A stretch of 64,000 nt of DNA from positions 28,458,001 to 28,522,000 of the forward strand of contig OZ024764.1 of assembly GCA_964016885.1 (NCBI GenBank). The letters are read 5' to 3'. Under the pieces are notes generated by a model. The model was not told where the DNA came from. It saw only the letters and a list, made by a program, of their open reading frames with translations, and ran no database searches. This DNA comes from Eledone cirrhosa (taxonomy: Eukaryota). A program made the position numbers and the translations under genes. Below, piece after piece: positions 1 to 15,775 of this stretch (the stretch's first letter is position 1; every line of letters starts with the position of its first letter).

Positions 1-955
<955 letters not shown>

Positions 956-1001
956 CAAACGGGTAGAGTTAAAAAAGGAACAGAGCTAATTAAAAGTGTG
1001 C

Positions 1002-1660
1002 ATCTATCTATCTACCTACCTCTCTTGATATCTATCTATCTACCTCTCTATCTATCTACCTCTCTATCACTCTACCTCTCTTGATATCTATCTATCTATC
1101 TACCTCTCTATCTATCTACCTCTCTATCTATCTACCTCTCTACCTCTCTATCTCTCTACCTCTCTATCTATCTACCTCTCTATTGATATCTCTCTACCTC
1201 TATCTATCTACCTCTCTATCTATCTAACTCTCCATTATCTATCTATGTATCCATCCATCTATCTACCTCTTAATATATCTACCTCTCTATCTATCTACCT
1301 CTCTATTGATATCTCTCTACCTCTCTATTGATATCTATCTACCTCTCTATCTATCTAACTCTCCATTATCTATCTATCTATCCATCCATCTATCTACCTC
1401 TTAATATATCTACCTCTCTATCTATCTACCTCTCTATTGATATCTATCTACCTCTCTATCTATCTACCTCTCTATTGATATCTCTCTACCTCTCTATTGA
1501 TATCTATCTACCTCTCTATCTATCTACCTCTTTATTGATATCTCTCTACCTCTCTATCTATCTCACTCTCCATTATCTATCTATCTATCCATCTATCTAC
1601 CTCTCTATTGATATCTCTCTACCTCTCTATTGATATCTATCTACCCATCTCTCTATCTAT
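1002..1660. repeat. Degenerate (TATC)n/(TCTACC) compound minisatellite
   Basis: Recurrent tctatctatctacctctc and tattgatatc units. Confidence 0.9.
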
Positions 1661-2039
1661 ATTTCTACCTCACTATTCATGTCTCCCGCACAATCCCCTC
1701 CTGGCCATCACTAACGATGGAAAGACACTCCTACAACCATTCTCATTACAATTTCCAATTCCCACAACCCACAACCCGACCAAACCTTCTCACGACATTT
1801 TCTTCCTCTACTTACACCACCACCACCACCGCCACTATCACCACTATAAACACCAACACCACCACTACCACCAACAACAACACCACCACCACTGCCAACA
1901 ACAACACCACCACCACCGTTTCCACCTCCAGCACAACCACCGCCACCACCACCCTCTCTCTTTCCCTCACCTTCCCCATCTCCCTCCCTCTCTCTCCCTC
2001 ACTCTCACAACCTCTCTTTCTACTCCTCGCTCTCTCTCC

Positions 2040-2317
<278 letters not shown>

Positions 2318-2355
2318 ATACATATACATATACATATACATATATATACATATAC

Positions 2356-2544
<189 letters not shown>

Positions 2545-2570
2545 ATATATATTTATGTATATATAAATAT

Positions 2571-2648
<78 letters not shown>

Positions 2649-2670
2649 TTAGCGCTCTATCTCAAAATTA

Positions 2671-2707
2671 TTTTTGAAAAGCATTAGAAATGCGCAACCG
2701 GTAAAAA
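2671..2707 (+). ncRNA. Degenerate minimal type I hammerhead-like motif
   Basis: ttt-TTGAAAA-GCATT(aga)AATGC-GCAA-CCGG-TA-aaa: correct topology and palindromic stem III, but three core substitutions. Confidence 0.35.
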
Positions 2708-2794
2708 CTTAAAACTGAATACTAACCAATACTTATTCCTAATTAAACTATTTTTCACTGGGAAAAATTGGTCACCATTTTCTTTTCCTTTTTA

Positions 2795-2840
<46 letters not shown>

Positions 2841-2974
2841 CAGAGGTATCAACTGTAAGTTGTGAGGTCTATTCTGTATGAAGAACTCAATGTAATCCAT
2901 ATGTTGAAAATGTTATAGGTTAAGATAAATCTCAGAAAACAATAAAACATTAAAAGGAAAACAGAGTCATGATA

Positions 2975-3293
2975 TAAGTTAAAACAATGAAATAAAAAAT
3001 CAAGTCATTAGAGATATACTTCACTGCTTTACGATCGTTTCTAGATGGTGATAATACATTGTAGCTATACTTCGTTATTGATCTATGTATGTTTACAAAC
3101 TATCAGATAGAATTTTTGAAAACAGCTGGTGATATGCATGTAAGTAAATATTCTCTCTATCTGATAGTTTGTAAACTTACATAGATCAATAACTGAGTAT
3201 AGATACAATGTATTATCACCATCTGGAAACGATCGTAAAGCAGTGAAGTATATCTCTAATGACTTGATTTTTTTATTTCATTGTTTTAACTTA
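2975..3293. mobile_element. Fold-back element (~137-bp arms) carrying a hammerhead 3' half in each arm
   Basis: 2975-3111 is the reverse complement of 3156-3293; GAAA-CGATCG-TA at 3226-3237 and its mirror at 3030-3041; abuts (TA)n. Confidence 0.75.
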
Positions 3294-3311
3294 CATATAT
3301 ATATATATATA

Positions 3312-3517
3312 TAGGAACGAGTAGGACCCCGACGGCTGAGCTCAAGCCGTTTCGACGGCTAATATATATATTAGAATTAGCCAGAATTAGCCGTCGAAAC
3401 GGCTTGAGCTCAGCCGTCGGGGTCCTACTCGTTCTTATTACCCACTCTACTACCCTAAGTATTGAGTACTTTGGTGCGTTATGGTCCACCTGGTTCCTTA
3501 CCACATTTCCTCCGTTA
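3312..3517 (+). mobile_element. Family A ~200-bp hairpin element in (TA)n (Penelope pLTR-like)
   Basis: 5' palindrome 3312-3438 with GAAA-CGGC(ttgagctca)GCCG-TC at 3396-3418, then a conserved tail ...tattgagtac...ccttaccaca...gtta. Other copies at 15267, 15486, 26512, 29186, 46224, 54908, 59836. Confidence 0.8.
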
Positions 3518-3521
3518 TATA

Positions 3522-3594
<73 letters not shown>

Positions 3595-3602
<8 letters not shown>

Positions 3603-3794
3603 GTGAACAACACAAAATATAACTACTCCAATACCAAAGGTTTCTGGATCACAGACAATAATAATATAATATACATCAGTATCGGTCGTCAGACAGAGAT
3701 ATTATAACATCTCTGCCTATTATATTATTATCGTCTGTGATCCAAAAACCTTTGGTAATGGAGTAGTTATATTTTGTGTTGTTCTCTTTCTAAT
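3595..3794. mobile_element. Fold-back element (~75-bp arms) with hammerhead 3' half
   Basis: 3595-3670 is the reverse complement of 3720-3794; minus strand reads GAAA-CC(ttt)GG-TA. Confidence 0.65.
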
Positions 3795-3835
3795 TAAGTA
3801 GCTCTGTGTTATACATAGAGCACTCTTTCTTCTTT

Positions 3836-4411
3836 ATTTGTTTATTTACATGTTACTGGTTGGTTGTTTCTTCTATGTGCGTGTGTGTTTTCATTTTGTC
3901 CTTAATTGTAAGTTGTTACGAGTGGAACAGCAACATCACAACTTACAATTAAGGACAAAATGAAAACACACACGCATATAGAACAAACAACCAACCAGTA
4001 ACAAATAAATAAACGAATATAAACACACACAGACACCCGGATGTAACACATGCGCAAACTAAGCACACAACACACACACAAAAACAAGATGGCTTTGGAC
4101 AGAACAAAGGAGAGGCACAAAAAACAAAGAAAAGAATCTCCAGTCACTGAAGAGGTCACAGAATGTGTGACGAAAGAACTTTGAAAATATATAAATAACC
4201 ATCTGGTTGTGGAACCAACCAACCAACCGGAAATTTATAAATTCCTAAGTTTATAAATTTATTATAATAAATTTATTATAATAAATTGAAGTGAAACAAC
4301 TGGTGCATGTGTTTCTTGTTGGCAACATGACCCTCCCAAAGTATAACAATATCGGTTTCAACACACGTTTTCAGATAAAGAATCTTGCTAAACAAATTCA
4401 GAAACGAAATG
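3836..4411 (+). mobile_element. Family B element with hammerhead and 5' inverted repeat
   Basis: Inverted repeat ~3836-3916/3938-4013; hammerhead 4143-4185; homologous to 26051-26466 and 50539-50995; ends in (TA)n. Confidence 0.75.
4143..4185 (+). ncRNA. Type I hammerhead motif (family B)
   Basis: gtca-CTGAAGA-g-GTCACA(gaatg)TGTGAC-GAAA-GAAC-TT-tga. Confidence 0.6.
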
Positions 4412-4483
4412 TATATATATACATACATATATATATACATACATATATATATATATATTTATATATATATATATATATATACA

Positions 4484-4529
<46 letters not shown>

Positions 4530-4551
4530 ATATATATATATATATATATAG

Positions 4552-4633
<82 letters not shown>

Positions 4634-4677
4634 GTATATATACATATATATACATATATATATATGTATATATATAC

Positions 4678-4758
<81 letters not shown>

Positions 4759-4792
4759 TATACATATATATATATATATATACATATTTATA

Positions 4793-4900
<108 letters not shown>

Positions 4901-4906
4901 TATATG

Positions 4907-4996
<90 letters not shown>

Positions 4997-5124
4997 CATA
5001 CATATATACATACATATATACATACATATATACATATTTATATATATATATACATATATATATATATACATATATACATATTTATATATATATATACATA
5101 TATACATATTTATATATATATACA

Positions 5125-5159
<35 letters not shown>

Positions 5160-5334
5160 TGATCCCCGACATTCGTGAGTCCCCTAAAGGAATCACTTTA
5201 AAGACTGCCGCCGAATGCAAAGCAGAATGCGACACACTGGAAGCGGTTCTTGTTTTACCATTTGTCTTTGATAGACTTCTGAAGACTCCCTATAGAGGCC
5301 TCATGCTCTGATCTGAAGAAATGTTTGTATATAT

Positions 5335-5375
<41 letters not shown>

Positions 5376-5386
5376 ATGAATATATG

Positions 5387-5482
<96 letters not shown>

Positions 5483-5562
5483 TGTATATGCGTTTAATGA
5501 CTGGCTATATGTGTTTGTTCGCTGGAATACATATAATATATATGAATATATATGTGTGTGTG

Positions 5563-5616
<54 letters not shown>

Positions 5617-5700
5617 CGTGGTATATATGATCTTAAGTTTCTTTGTATAAACGTTTTCCTGTACGTCTGGCTAAGTACTTCTACTTGAGTGTATATATAA

Positions 5701-5770
<70 letters not shown>

Positions 5771-5790
5771 TCATATATACACATAGATAT

Positions 5791-5847
<57 letters not shown>

Positions 5848-5903
5848 ATGTTTTTACAGATATTATTCGTCGTTCACTATGTCTGTCTTTGTATATATAT
5901 ATG

Positions 5904-6001
<98 letters not shown>

Positions 6002-6350
6002 TTACACAGGTAAGTGACACTAATGACCGTGTGTCTGAGTGTATGTCCGTGTGTGGCAAATTTTTGCCTTTATACTTAACATGAAGGGGGTCCCTTACAT
6101 CAAGCAGAAACGAAGACAAGCACGATAAAAAGAAAATATATATATATATATGTATATACACATACATATATATATATATACAAACATACATATATATATA
6201 TAGAAACATACAAACATACATATATATATACATATATATTTATATATTCAAACATACAAACATATATATATATATATATATACAAACATACAAACATACA
6301 TTTATATATATATATATATATATATATACAAACATACACACACACACATA

Positions 6351-6412
<62 letters not shown>

Positions 6413-6466
6413 TATACATATATATTCAGATATATATTTGCGTGTGTGTAGACATACTTGTATATG

Positions 6467-6513
<47 letters not shown>

Positions 6514-6580
6514 AAAAAGGGATGAAATCGAAAATGCAACTGAAGTCTTATTTTTTTTAAATATATATATTTATTTGGTT

Positions 6581-6617
6581 CCTTTACCGGTTTCGCAGTT
6601 CTTCTGCTTTTCAAAAG
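6581..6617 (-). ncRNA. Degenerate minimal type I hammerhead
   Basis: Minus strand: ctt-TTGAAAA-GCAG(aagaa)CTGC-GAAA-CCGG-TA-aag; two transitions in CUGANGA. Confidence 0.45.
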
Positions 6618-6646
6618 TAGAGTTGAGATGGAGGGTTTGTGGTTTT

Positions 6647-6731
<85 letters not shown>

Positions 6732-6757
6732 TAGAGAGAGAGCTGCGTGTGTGTGTG

Positions 6758-6897
6758 AGTCCCGGGTCCAATCGGGGGTAACCACAGTAAGTAAGGTACT
6801 CAATACATAGCAGAGTATATACATTTAATATAGAAATGGCTTCTACAGGACTAGAACTGTTTCATAAGGACAATCCCCGTTCATCAGCCGTCTTCTG
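6758..6897 (-). mobile_element. Family C pLTR-like element with hammerhead-like core
   Basis: Minus strand: CTGATGA...GAAA-CAG(ttctagtc)CTG-TA-gaagccatttcta; stems I and II imperfect; related to 26622-27010 and 58293-58333. Confidence 0.55.
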
Positions 6898-7096
6898 TGG
6901 ATGGTTAATGTTTCGAACGCCTTAAAGACAGTACATCTCACCGCAGTGTGTTAATAGCCAAAATGGATAGATGTATAACGAAGATCCCGACTAAAAAAAC
7001 ACAAAGAAATAACGACATACCGATAGAGAAAGCGGAAAAGACGAAGGCAGCAGCACATGACTGGGTGGTACATATATACATATATTCTATTCTATT

Positions 7097-7458
7097 CTAA
7101 GGCGGGTAAAATTCCCGAGATCCATGGACGAGTTCTCTCCAGCGGTCTCTGTCCCTCATTATCGCTGCCATGTCCTGCGTCTCCAACAGACCAGTGTCTG
7201 TCCTTAGGGCATCAACTTACGTTAACCTTGGTCTTCATCTTCCAGTGTGTCCATGTAGGGGCTCCCACGGGAGCTCTGAGTGCAGTGTCAACTCTGGATG
7301 TCGGTGAGCATGTCCAGTTAACCTCAGTCTCCTCTGTGTCACTTTTGAGCTGACTTTTGGGATGCTCCCATACAGCTCTGAGTTTTTCATCCTCAGTGTA
7401 TACTGATTAATGTTCAGAGCCATCCTCAGCATTCTCGTGTAGCACCCATCCACCATCT
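7097..7458 (-). mobile_element. RTE-like LINE 3' fragment
   Basis: DGCYTRMLRMALN...[14 protein letters not shown], typical of the RTE-like ORF2 C-terminus; second copy at 63501-63838. Confidence 0.75.
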
Positions 7459-7464
7459 GAGTGA

Positions 7465-7500
<36 letters not shown>

Positions 7501-7507
<7 letters not shown>

Positions 7508-7822
7508 AAGATGGAAACTATATTTATAAAACCATATTTATTTTATTATATATATTTCAAGGACGACCAAGCCATTCTAGGTGCGCTTTCATCAGATAAA
7601 ATACAAAATTTGTTTTATAAATAATAATGACACACCCATGGGAATCACACATTAACGGTCAGAAAATTCGCTGGATAGTATGTCATTATTATTTATAAAA
7701 CAAATTTTGTATTTTATCTGATGAAAGCGCACCAAGAATGGCTTGGTCGCCCTTGAAATATATATAATAAAATAAATATGGTTTTATAAATATAGTTTCC
7801 ATTTGTTAATATCTTGGTATAT
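7501..7822. mobile_element. Family D inverted-repeat element with two complete hammerheads on opposite strands
   Basis: Arms 7501-7632 and 7681-7822; hammerheads at 7540-7602 (-) and 7711-7773 (+): attttat-CTGATGA-stem II-GAAA-tatata-TA-ataaaat. Confidence 0.8.
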
Positions 7823-8102
7823 ATGTATATATGTTCCACATAGTCATATGCTGCTGCCTTCGTCTGCAACAACCACAGTACTAACAAGAACTACATCATG
7901 CTACTACATAATACACTACTGCAGCAACAACAATAACAACAGCAAGAAAAATGAAACCTCTGGTACGAGCACCGAATACGACCTCTATTGATAGGAATAA
8001 CTTGAAGCACAGGGATTCCATAAACAACAACAACAACAATAATAACATGTATATCAAGAACAGCTACAGCGACAACACAACCAACAACAACAAACACCTA
8101 GT

Positions 8103-8139
<37 letters not shown>

Positions 8140-8329
8140 CATTAAAACCAAAGCAATACAACAACAACGATAACAACACCAGAAACACAGCAACACCAAC
8201 AACAACAACAACAACAGCAACAACAACGACACCACCACCAACAACAACAGCAACTACAACATCAACAAAACCAACGACAACACCAACAACTACAACAACA
8301 ATAACAACTCTAGGCATATCATTTTTATC

Positions 8330-8365
<36 letters not shown>

Positions 8366-8839
8366 GCTAATATTATTATTAATACTGTTGGTGTTGTTGT
8401 TGTTAGTGGTGGTGGTGGTGTTACCAACAACAACAACCACAACAACAACACCAACAACAATAACAACTCTAGGCAGATTATTATTATTACTATTATCATT
8501 ATTATTATTATAATAAATAAAGAAATAAAGAAATAAAGAAATCATTATTATTCTCATTATTATTATTATTCTCATTATTATTATTATTATTGTTGTTGTT
8601 GTTGTTGTTGTTACCACCAAAGCAACTCAACGCAACAACAGAAGCGAACAGAACGTAAAGCAAAAACAGCTACAGGCGTGTCTTGTTAAGTATATAATGG
8701 TGTGTTTTACTGTACTTCCGGTAACTTCCGGAAGTACTTCGATCCACTTGTGTTATCTATAGGACTTCAGATAGAATATATACGTACAGCGATGAACAAG
8801 AAGTGTGAATAAGGATTCATATGAAAGAATAACAAAATT

Positions 8840-10150
8840 TCCCACCACGACCATCACCACCCAAACATACCATTCACCACCACCTAACCAACCACCACCA
8901 TGACCACCACCACCACTACCACCAGCCTACTAACCAGCCAAACAACAAACCATCCACCGCCACCAGCCAAGCACCATCACCACCCAACTAACCACACCAC
9001 TAACCAGCCAAATACGACCACCACCATCACCACCACCCAACCAACCACCACCACCACCCAAACAACCAACGAAATACCACCACCACCATGACCACCCAAC
9101 CAACCACCACCACACCATCCAAACAACCAACGAAATACCACCACCACCACCATGACCACCCAACCAACTACCACCACCACCATCCAAACAACCAACGAAA
9201 TACCACCACCATCACCATGACCACCCAACCAACCACCACCACGACCATCCAAACAACCAACCAAATACCACCACCGCCACCCAACCAACCACCACCACCA
9301 TCCAAACATCCATCCAACACCACCACCACCACCACCACACCACCAGCACCACCACCCAGCCAACCAGCACCACCACCACCACTATACAACCAACCAACAA
9401 ACTCAACCACCACCACCACCACCCAGCCAACCAGCACCACCACCACCACTATACAACCAACCAACCAACAAACTCAACCACCACCAGCACCACCACCCAG
9501 TCAACCACCACCACCATCCACCACTATACAACCAACCAACAAACTCAACCACCACCACCACCACCACCACCACACCACCAGCACCACCATCCAGCCAACC
9601 ACCACCACCACCACCACTATACAACCAACCAACCAACAAACTCAACCACCACCACCACCACCACACCACCAGCACCACCAACCACCACCACCACCACCAC
9701 CACTATACAACCAACCAACCAACAAACTCAACCACCACCACCACCACCACACCACCAGCACCACCAACCACCACCACCACCACCACTATACAACCAACCA
9801 ACAAACTCAACCACCACCACCAAAACAACCACTACAGAGTCAACCACCACACCACCACCAGCACCACCACCCAGCCAACCAGCACCACCACCACCATACA
9901 ACCAACCAACAAACTCAACCACCACCACCACCACCACACCACCAGCACCACCATCCAGCCAACCACCACCACCCCCACCACTATACAACCAACCAACAAA
10001 CTCAACCACCACCACCACCACCACCACTACCACCACCACCACCTCCACCACCAACACCACCACCACCACCACCAACACCACCACCAACACCACCACCATC
10101 GCCAGCACGAACACCACCCCCGCTAGCTCCACACACACTACACCACCTTC
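8840..10150. repeat. (CAC)n/(CAAC)n compound repeat
   Basis: Seen directly; source of the Pro/Thr/His-rich pseudo-ORFs. Confidence 0.9.
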
Positions 10151-10197
10151 AACATAACTCCATGTATGCTTTTTATGTATAATTTGGTGTGTGTATG

Positions 10198-10236
<39 letters not shown>

Positions 10237-10280
10237 ATATATATATATATGTATGTATGTATCTTTAGTAATGCAAATAC

Positions 10281-10314
<34 letters not shown>

Positions 10315-10334
10315 GTATCTGCATATATATCTGC

Positions 10335-10365
<31 letters not shown>

Positions 10366-10386
10366 CGTATCTGCATATATATCTGC

Positions 10387-10419
<33 letters not shown>

Positions 10420-10442
10420 AAATATATATATATATATGTATC

Positions 10443-10540
<98 letters not shown>

Positions 10541-10628
10541 AATATATATGTGAATATATATATTTATATATATATATATATATGTATGTGTGTGCGTGTG
10601 TATATTTATGTATATATATATGTGTGTG

Positions 10629-10677
<49 letters not shown>

Positions 10678-10855
10678 ATGTGTGTGTGTGTATATATTCT
10701 AATTTTACAAGGTGAGTGCATGAATGTACGGTTTTGTAAAATATGAATATATACACTTGCATACGTTAGTGTATATGTATATACATATTTGTGTGTGTAT
10801 ATATAATATATATATGTATATATGTGTGCATATAAGTTTGAACACAGTTATATAA

Positions 10856-10979
<124 letters not shown>

Positions 10980-11067
10980 TGTTTATAGATATCGATCAAA
11001 TACATAGATCAATAGAAATTCGTAGATGAATACATTATTCATTCCACATCATGTTCCATACCTATGA

Positions 11068-11099
<32 letters not shown>

Positions 11100-11210
11100 C
11101 ACGTAGATATATATATATATATATATATACACGTATATATACACGTATATATACACATACATATATATATATATATATATATGTACTTACACAGATATAT
11201 ATATATATTC

Positions 11211-11249
<39 letters not shown>

Positions 11250-11278
11250 TATATATGTATATATATATTTATACCTAT

Positions 11279-11367
<89 letters not shown>

Positions 11368-11426
11368 TATACCTATATATATACGTATACATATGTATAT
11401 ATATATATATATACGTATATATATAC

Positions 11427-11466
<40 letters not shown>

Positions 11467-11478
11467 GCATATATATAC

Positions 11479-11512
<34 letters not shown>

Positions 11513-11520
11513 GTATATAC

Positions 11521-11638
<118 letters not shown>

Positions 11639-11712
11639 GTATATATATATATATGTAGAGAGCGAGAGAGAGATATATACGTATAGATATAGATATATAC
11701 GTATATATATAC

Positions 11713-11747
<35 letters not shown>

Positions 11748-12357
11748 TAGATAGATAGATATATATACACGTATATATACATACATACATACATACATAC
11801 ATGCATACATACATACATACATACATACATACATACATACATACATACATACATACATACATACATACATACATACATACATACGTATATATTTGTGTAG
11901 AATTGCTCACACTAACATAACCTTCCTGAATCTTCCATTTGTCTATAGTATAAAACTGCGTTACTTTGACAAAAGTCTTTACGAATTCCGAAAGGACTTC
12001 CGACATGGAATATTCCATGTCGTTTTCTTCAAAACTTTCGCTTAATTAATGAATTTTAAATTTCCAAAGAATACATGTTTAATCATATAGGTATCTATTA
12101 AATTTCTCGCCATTTTGTTTATCATATTTGTTGTTCCGCTGTTGTTGTGGTTGTTGTTGCTGTTGCTTTTATTTTTTTTCCAGCCTCTTTTTCGTTGGTA
12201 ACATTGTTTGTGATGGTTTTCCTACTATATGTTTATGTTATAATTTTTGACTTCGAAACGAAAGAGCGCACTCGAAGTACCCATACCATTCAATATACTA
12301 TACAACACTTTTTTTTTTTTATACATATGCTTGTGTATATTTACATATATATATATA

Positions 12358-12431
<74 letters not shown>

Positions 12432-13026
12432 TTTTTAAATCAAAATTCAATAAACAGACCAGGATTTTTTCATTCTGATGATTGAAAGCAAAATTTTTTG
12501 CTTTTAAGAAACCACTGGTAAATGGAATAATTGCCTTATGTTGTTTATTACATAACTATATATATATATATATATATACGTGTGTGTGTGTATGTATGTA
12601 TTTATGTAAATATATATATATGTATATTGTGTGTGTGTGAACGTGTGTGTGCGTGTGTAGTTATTTCCAAGACTGCAGATAGATTTTTAAACATATTTCT
12701 TGAGAAGCTATATTTATATCTATAGTTTTAATTGTTGGTCAATAAATGATAAACATTGATTGCCTGCTGAATTAATTATAGAAATATAAAAATATACTGA
12801 AGCGAAATCTTACCCAAACCAAACAGTGAGTGTGTTTTACTATTTTTTCTGGCAGTATTGTCACAGTATGACACTCCCTAAACATAACAATATAAATATA
12901 AGTATGGAAAATAAATAAAATGAAAATTTGGATAGGAAATTCGGACAAATTAAATGGAGAACTTGTGAAAATGGAGAAAAATGTGTTAAAATGAATGGAA
13001 ATTGATTGGTGACTCGCAAAGTCATA

Positions 13027-13567
13027 TTGAGAGATCACAGCTCTGATACTACAGACATGTGGTTAGAATGTCTCAGGAAAGAATCTTTGAATTGAGAGAG
13101 CACAGCTCTAATACTACAGACATGTGGTTAGAATGTCTCAGGAAAGAATCTCTGAATTGAGAGATCACAGCTCTGATACTACAGACATGTGGTTAGAATG
13201 TCTCAGGAAAGAATCTCTGAATTGAGAGACCACAGCTCTGATACTACAGACATGTGGTTAGAATGTCTCAGAAAAGAATCTCTGAATTAAGAGATCACAG
13301 CTCTGATACTACAGATATGTGGTTAGAATGTCTCAGGAAAGAATCACTGGAAAGATTTTTTACGAGTAAAACCAACCGGCAGGAGATCCAGAGGTAGACT
13401 ACGAGCAAGATAACATCCATGAACTCAACTGGTCTCGCTTGTGGATTCATTCGGATCAATTGGAGACGGTTGCTTCTGACATGACCCGCTGGAAAGGAGT
13501 GTTTGAGGAGTCTGACCCCTCGACTCTCTCGGGAATAAGAGGGGAAAGAAGACAGAAGAAGAAGATG
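13027..13567 (+). repeat. 65-bp RTE-derived tandem array (~5 copies) followed by the RTE 3' end
   Basis: Unit translates L*IERSQL*YYRHVVRMSQERI; downstream sequence reads KPTGRRSRGR...WSRL...TPR, like the Rex3/Expander-type C-terminus. Confidence 0.8.
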
Positions 13568-14666
13568 GTAAGCCAAAAAGATGAAAATTGATGGTAGTGG
13601 AAAATATAATTGAAAAAGGTCAAACAAAGAAGATTATGAATGAAAAATGAAAGACAGTTGAGAAGATAAAAACGAAGGAATGAAATTGGAAGAAATTAGA
13701 ATAGAAAAAAGAATTTCAAGAAAACAAACAATAATAAAAAAAAAAATTCAAAAGAATCCATTTTTTTTTTTTTTTTCTCCAAAGAACGATATAAGTATGA
13801 AAGATAAAATTGAAGGAAAATATAACGAAACGAAGATAAAGTGAGTGAAAAATTGATATAAAGTGGTAAAGAGTGAGATGAAAGAGATTTAGAACGAAGA
13901 AGATTAGGACAGAAAATCTGACAAAACTACGAAAGGGTGGAGAAATTGGAAATTAATGGAAGATTATACAGAGAAAATAAAAAGATAACTACCATTTCAT
14001 CAACAATAACAACAAAAATTGTATGAATATATTTGATAAAATGAAAGACAAAACTAAGATAGAGGTGGGGGGGGGGTAAAAGAAAATTGCGCAAACATTC
14101 TTCAACACACAAAAAAAATGATAAAATTCTAAAAGAAAGTGGAGAAGGCGGGGGTTAAAAATAAAGTAAAGATAAAAATAAAGACACTTTGAAGGAAAAA
14201 CGAAGAAAAGATGAAGAAAAATCAAGAAATATTTGGAATGCTAAATGACAACTGAAGAAGGAGGGATAAAATGCGATATATAATAGTAATAGACGTAGAT
14301 ATATATATATATATATATATAATACAAAAAGACATTTCAAAGATTGTGACGTGTTTTTAATCAGGCGAGTAAATCGCTGGCAGACGATGACTTTTTTTGA
14401 ATTGTGTGCAGTGGCAAACGATCTGGTGGTGGTGGCGGTGGTGGTATTGTGGTGGTGGTGGTGGTGGTGGTGGTATGGTGGTAGTATGGTGGTGGTGGTA
14501 GTGGTAGTATGGTGGTGGCGGTGGTGGTGGTGGTAGTGGTGGTATAGTGGTAGTATGGTGGTGGTGGTTGTGGTGGTATAGTGGTGGTGGTAGTGGTGGT
14601 ATGGTGGCGGTAGTGGTAGTGGTGTGGTGTGTGATGATAGTGATGTAACATTGTCACATTCATGCG

Positions 14667-14706
<40 letters not shown>

Positions 14707-14766
14707 TGTGTAAATATATAAATGTATATATATACATATATATATATACATAATATATACATATAT

Positions 14767-14816
<50 letters not shown>

Positions 14817-14866
14817 ATGTACATAATATATACATATGTATATCTAAACTTCTCTATACACATAAA

Positions 14867-14897
<31 letters not shown>

Positions 14898-14982
14898 AAG
14901 AGAGAGACAGAGAGAGAGAGAGGGAGATATTTATAAATATACATATTCTATATAGATATATATAGATAAATAGACATATTTA

Positions 14983-15076
<94 letters not shown>

Positions 15077-15226
15077 GTAGTTAAAGATCAAAACGCGAGA
15101 ACTTTAAGGAATTCTATGCAAATCATTATATAAGGAAAATAAGAATAAAGATTTGAAGATGCACCTAATATATACACATGTAAATTTACAGTACAGTACT
15201 GACATGTTTATATATATATATATATG

Positions 15227-15258
<32 letters not shown>

Positions 15259-15266
15259 CACATATA

Positions 15267-15607
15267 TAGGAAAAAGTATTTCCCCGACGGCAGAGCTCAA
15301 GCCGTTTCGACGGCTATTTCTGGACTCAGAAATAGCCGTCGAAACGGCTTGCACTCTACCGTCGAGATCATACTTTTTCCTATTACCCACTCTACTACCC
15401 TAAATATTGAGTACTCTGGTGCGTTATGGTCCATCTGGTTCCTTACCACAATTCCTTTGTTTTATATATATATATATATATACGTATAACGAAGAGCTGT
15501 GGTAAGATACCAGGTGGACCATAACGTACCAGAGTACTCAATACTTAGGATGGTAGAGTGGGTAATAAGAAAAGAGTCAGGACCCCGGCGGTTAAGCTCC
15601 AGCTAAT

Positions 15608-15608
<1 letters not shown>
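15267..15608. mobile_element. Two family A elements tail-to-tail across a short (TA)n
   Basis: 15267-15462 (+, with 5' hairpin) and 15486-15608 (-, partial). Confidence 0.8.
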
Positions 15609-15672
<64 letters not shown>

Positions 15673-15775
15673 TTACAGTACAGTACAAATTTTTTTATTT
15701 ACATTACAGTATAATACAGTACAGTATTTTTTATATATACATATAAATTTGCAGTACAGCGCATATATAGGTGTA

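Noticed and set aside
9088-10182. 364-aa Pro/Thr/His-rich ORF
   Set aside because: Pure (CAC/CAAC)n repeat with no domain or splice support.
12476-12490. CTGATGA-tt-GAAA as a hammerhead
   Set aside because: No room for stem II and no stem I or III pairing.
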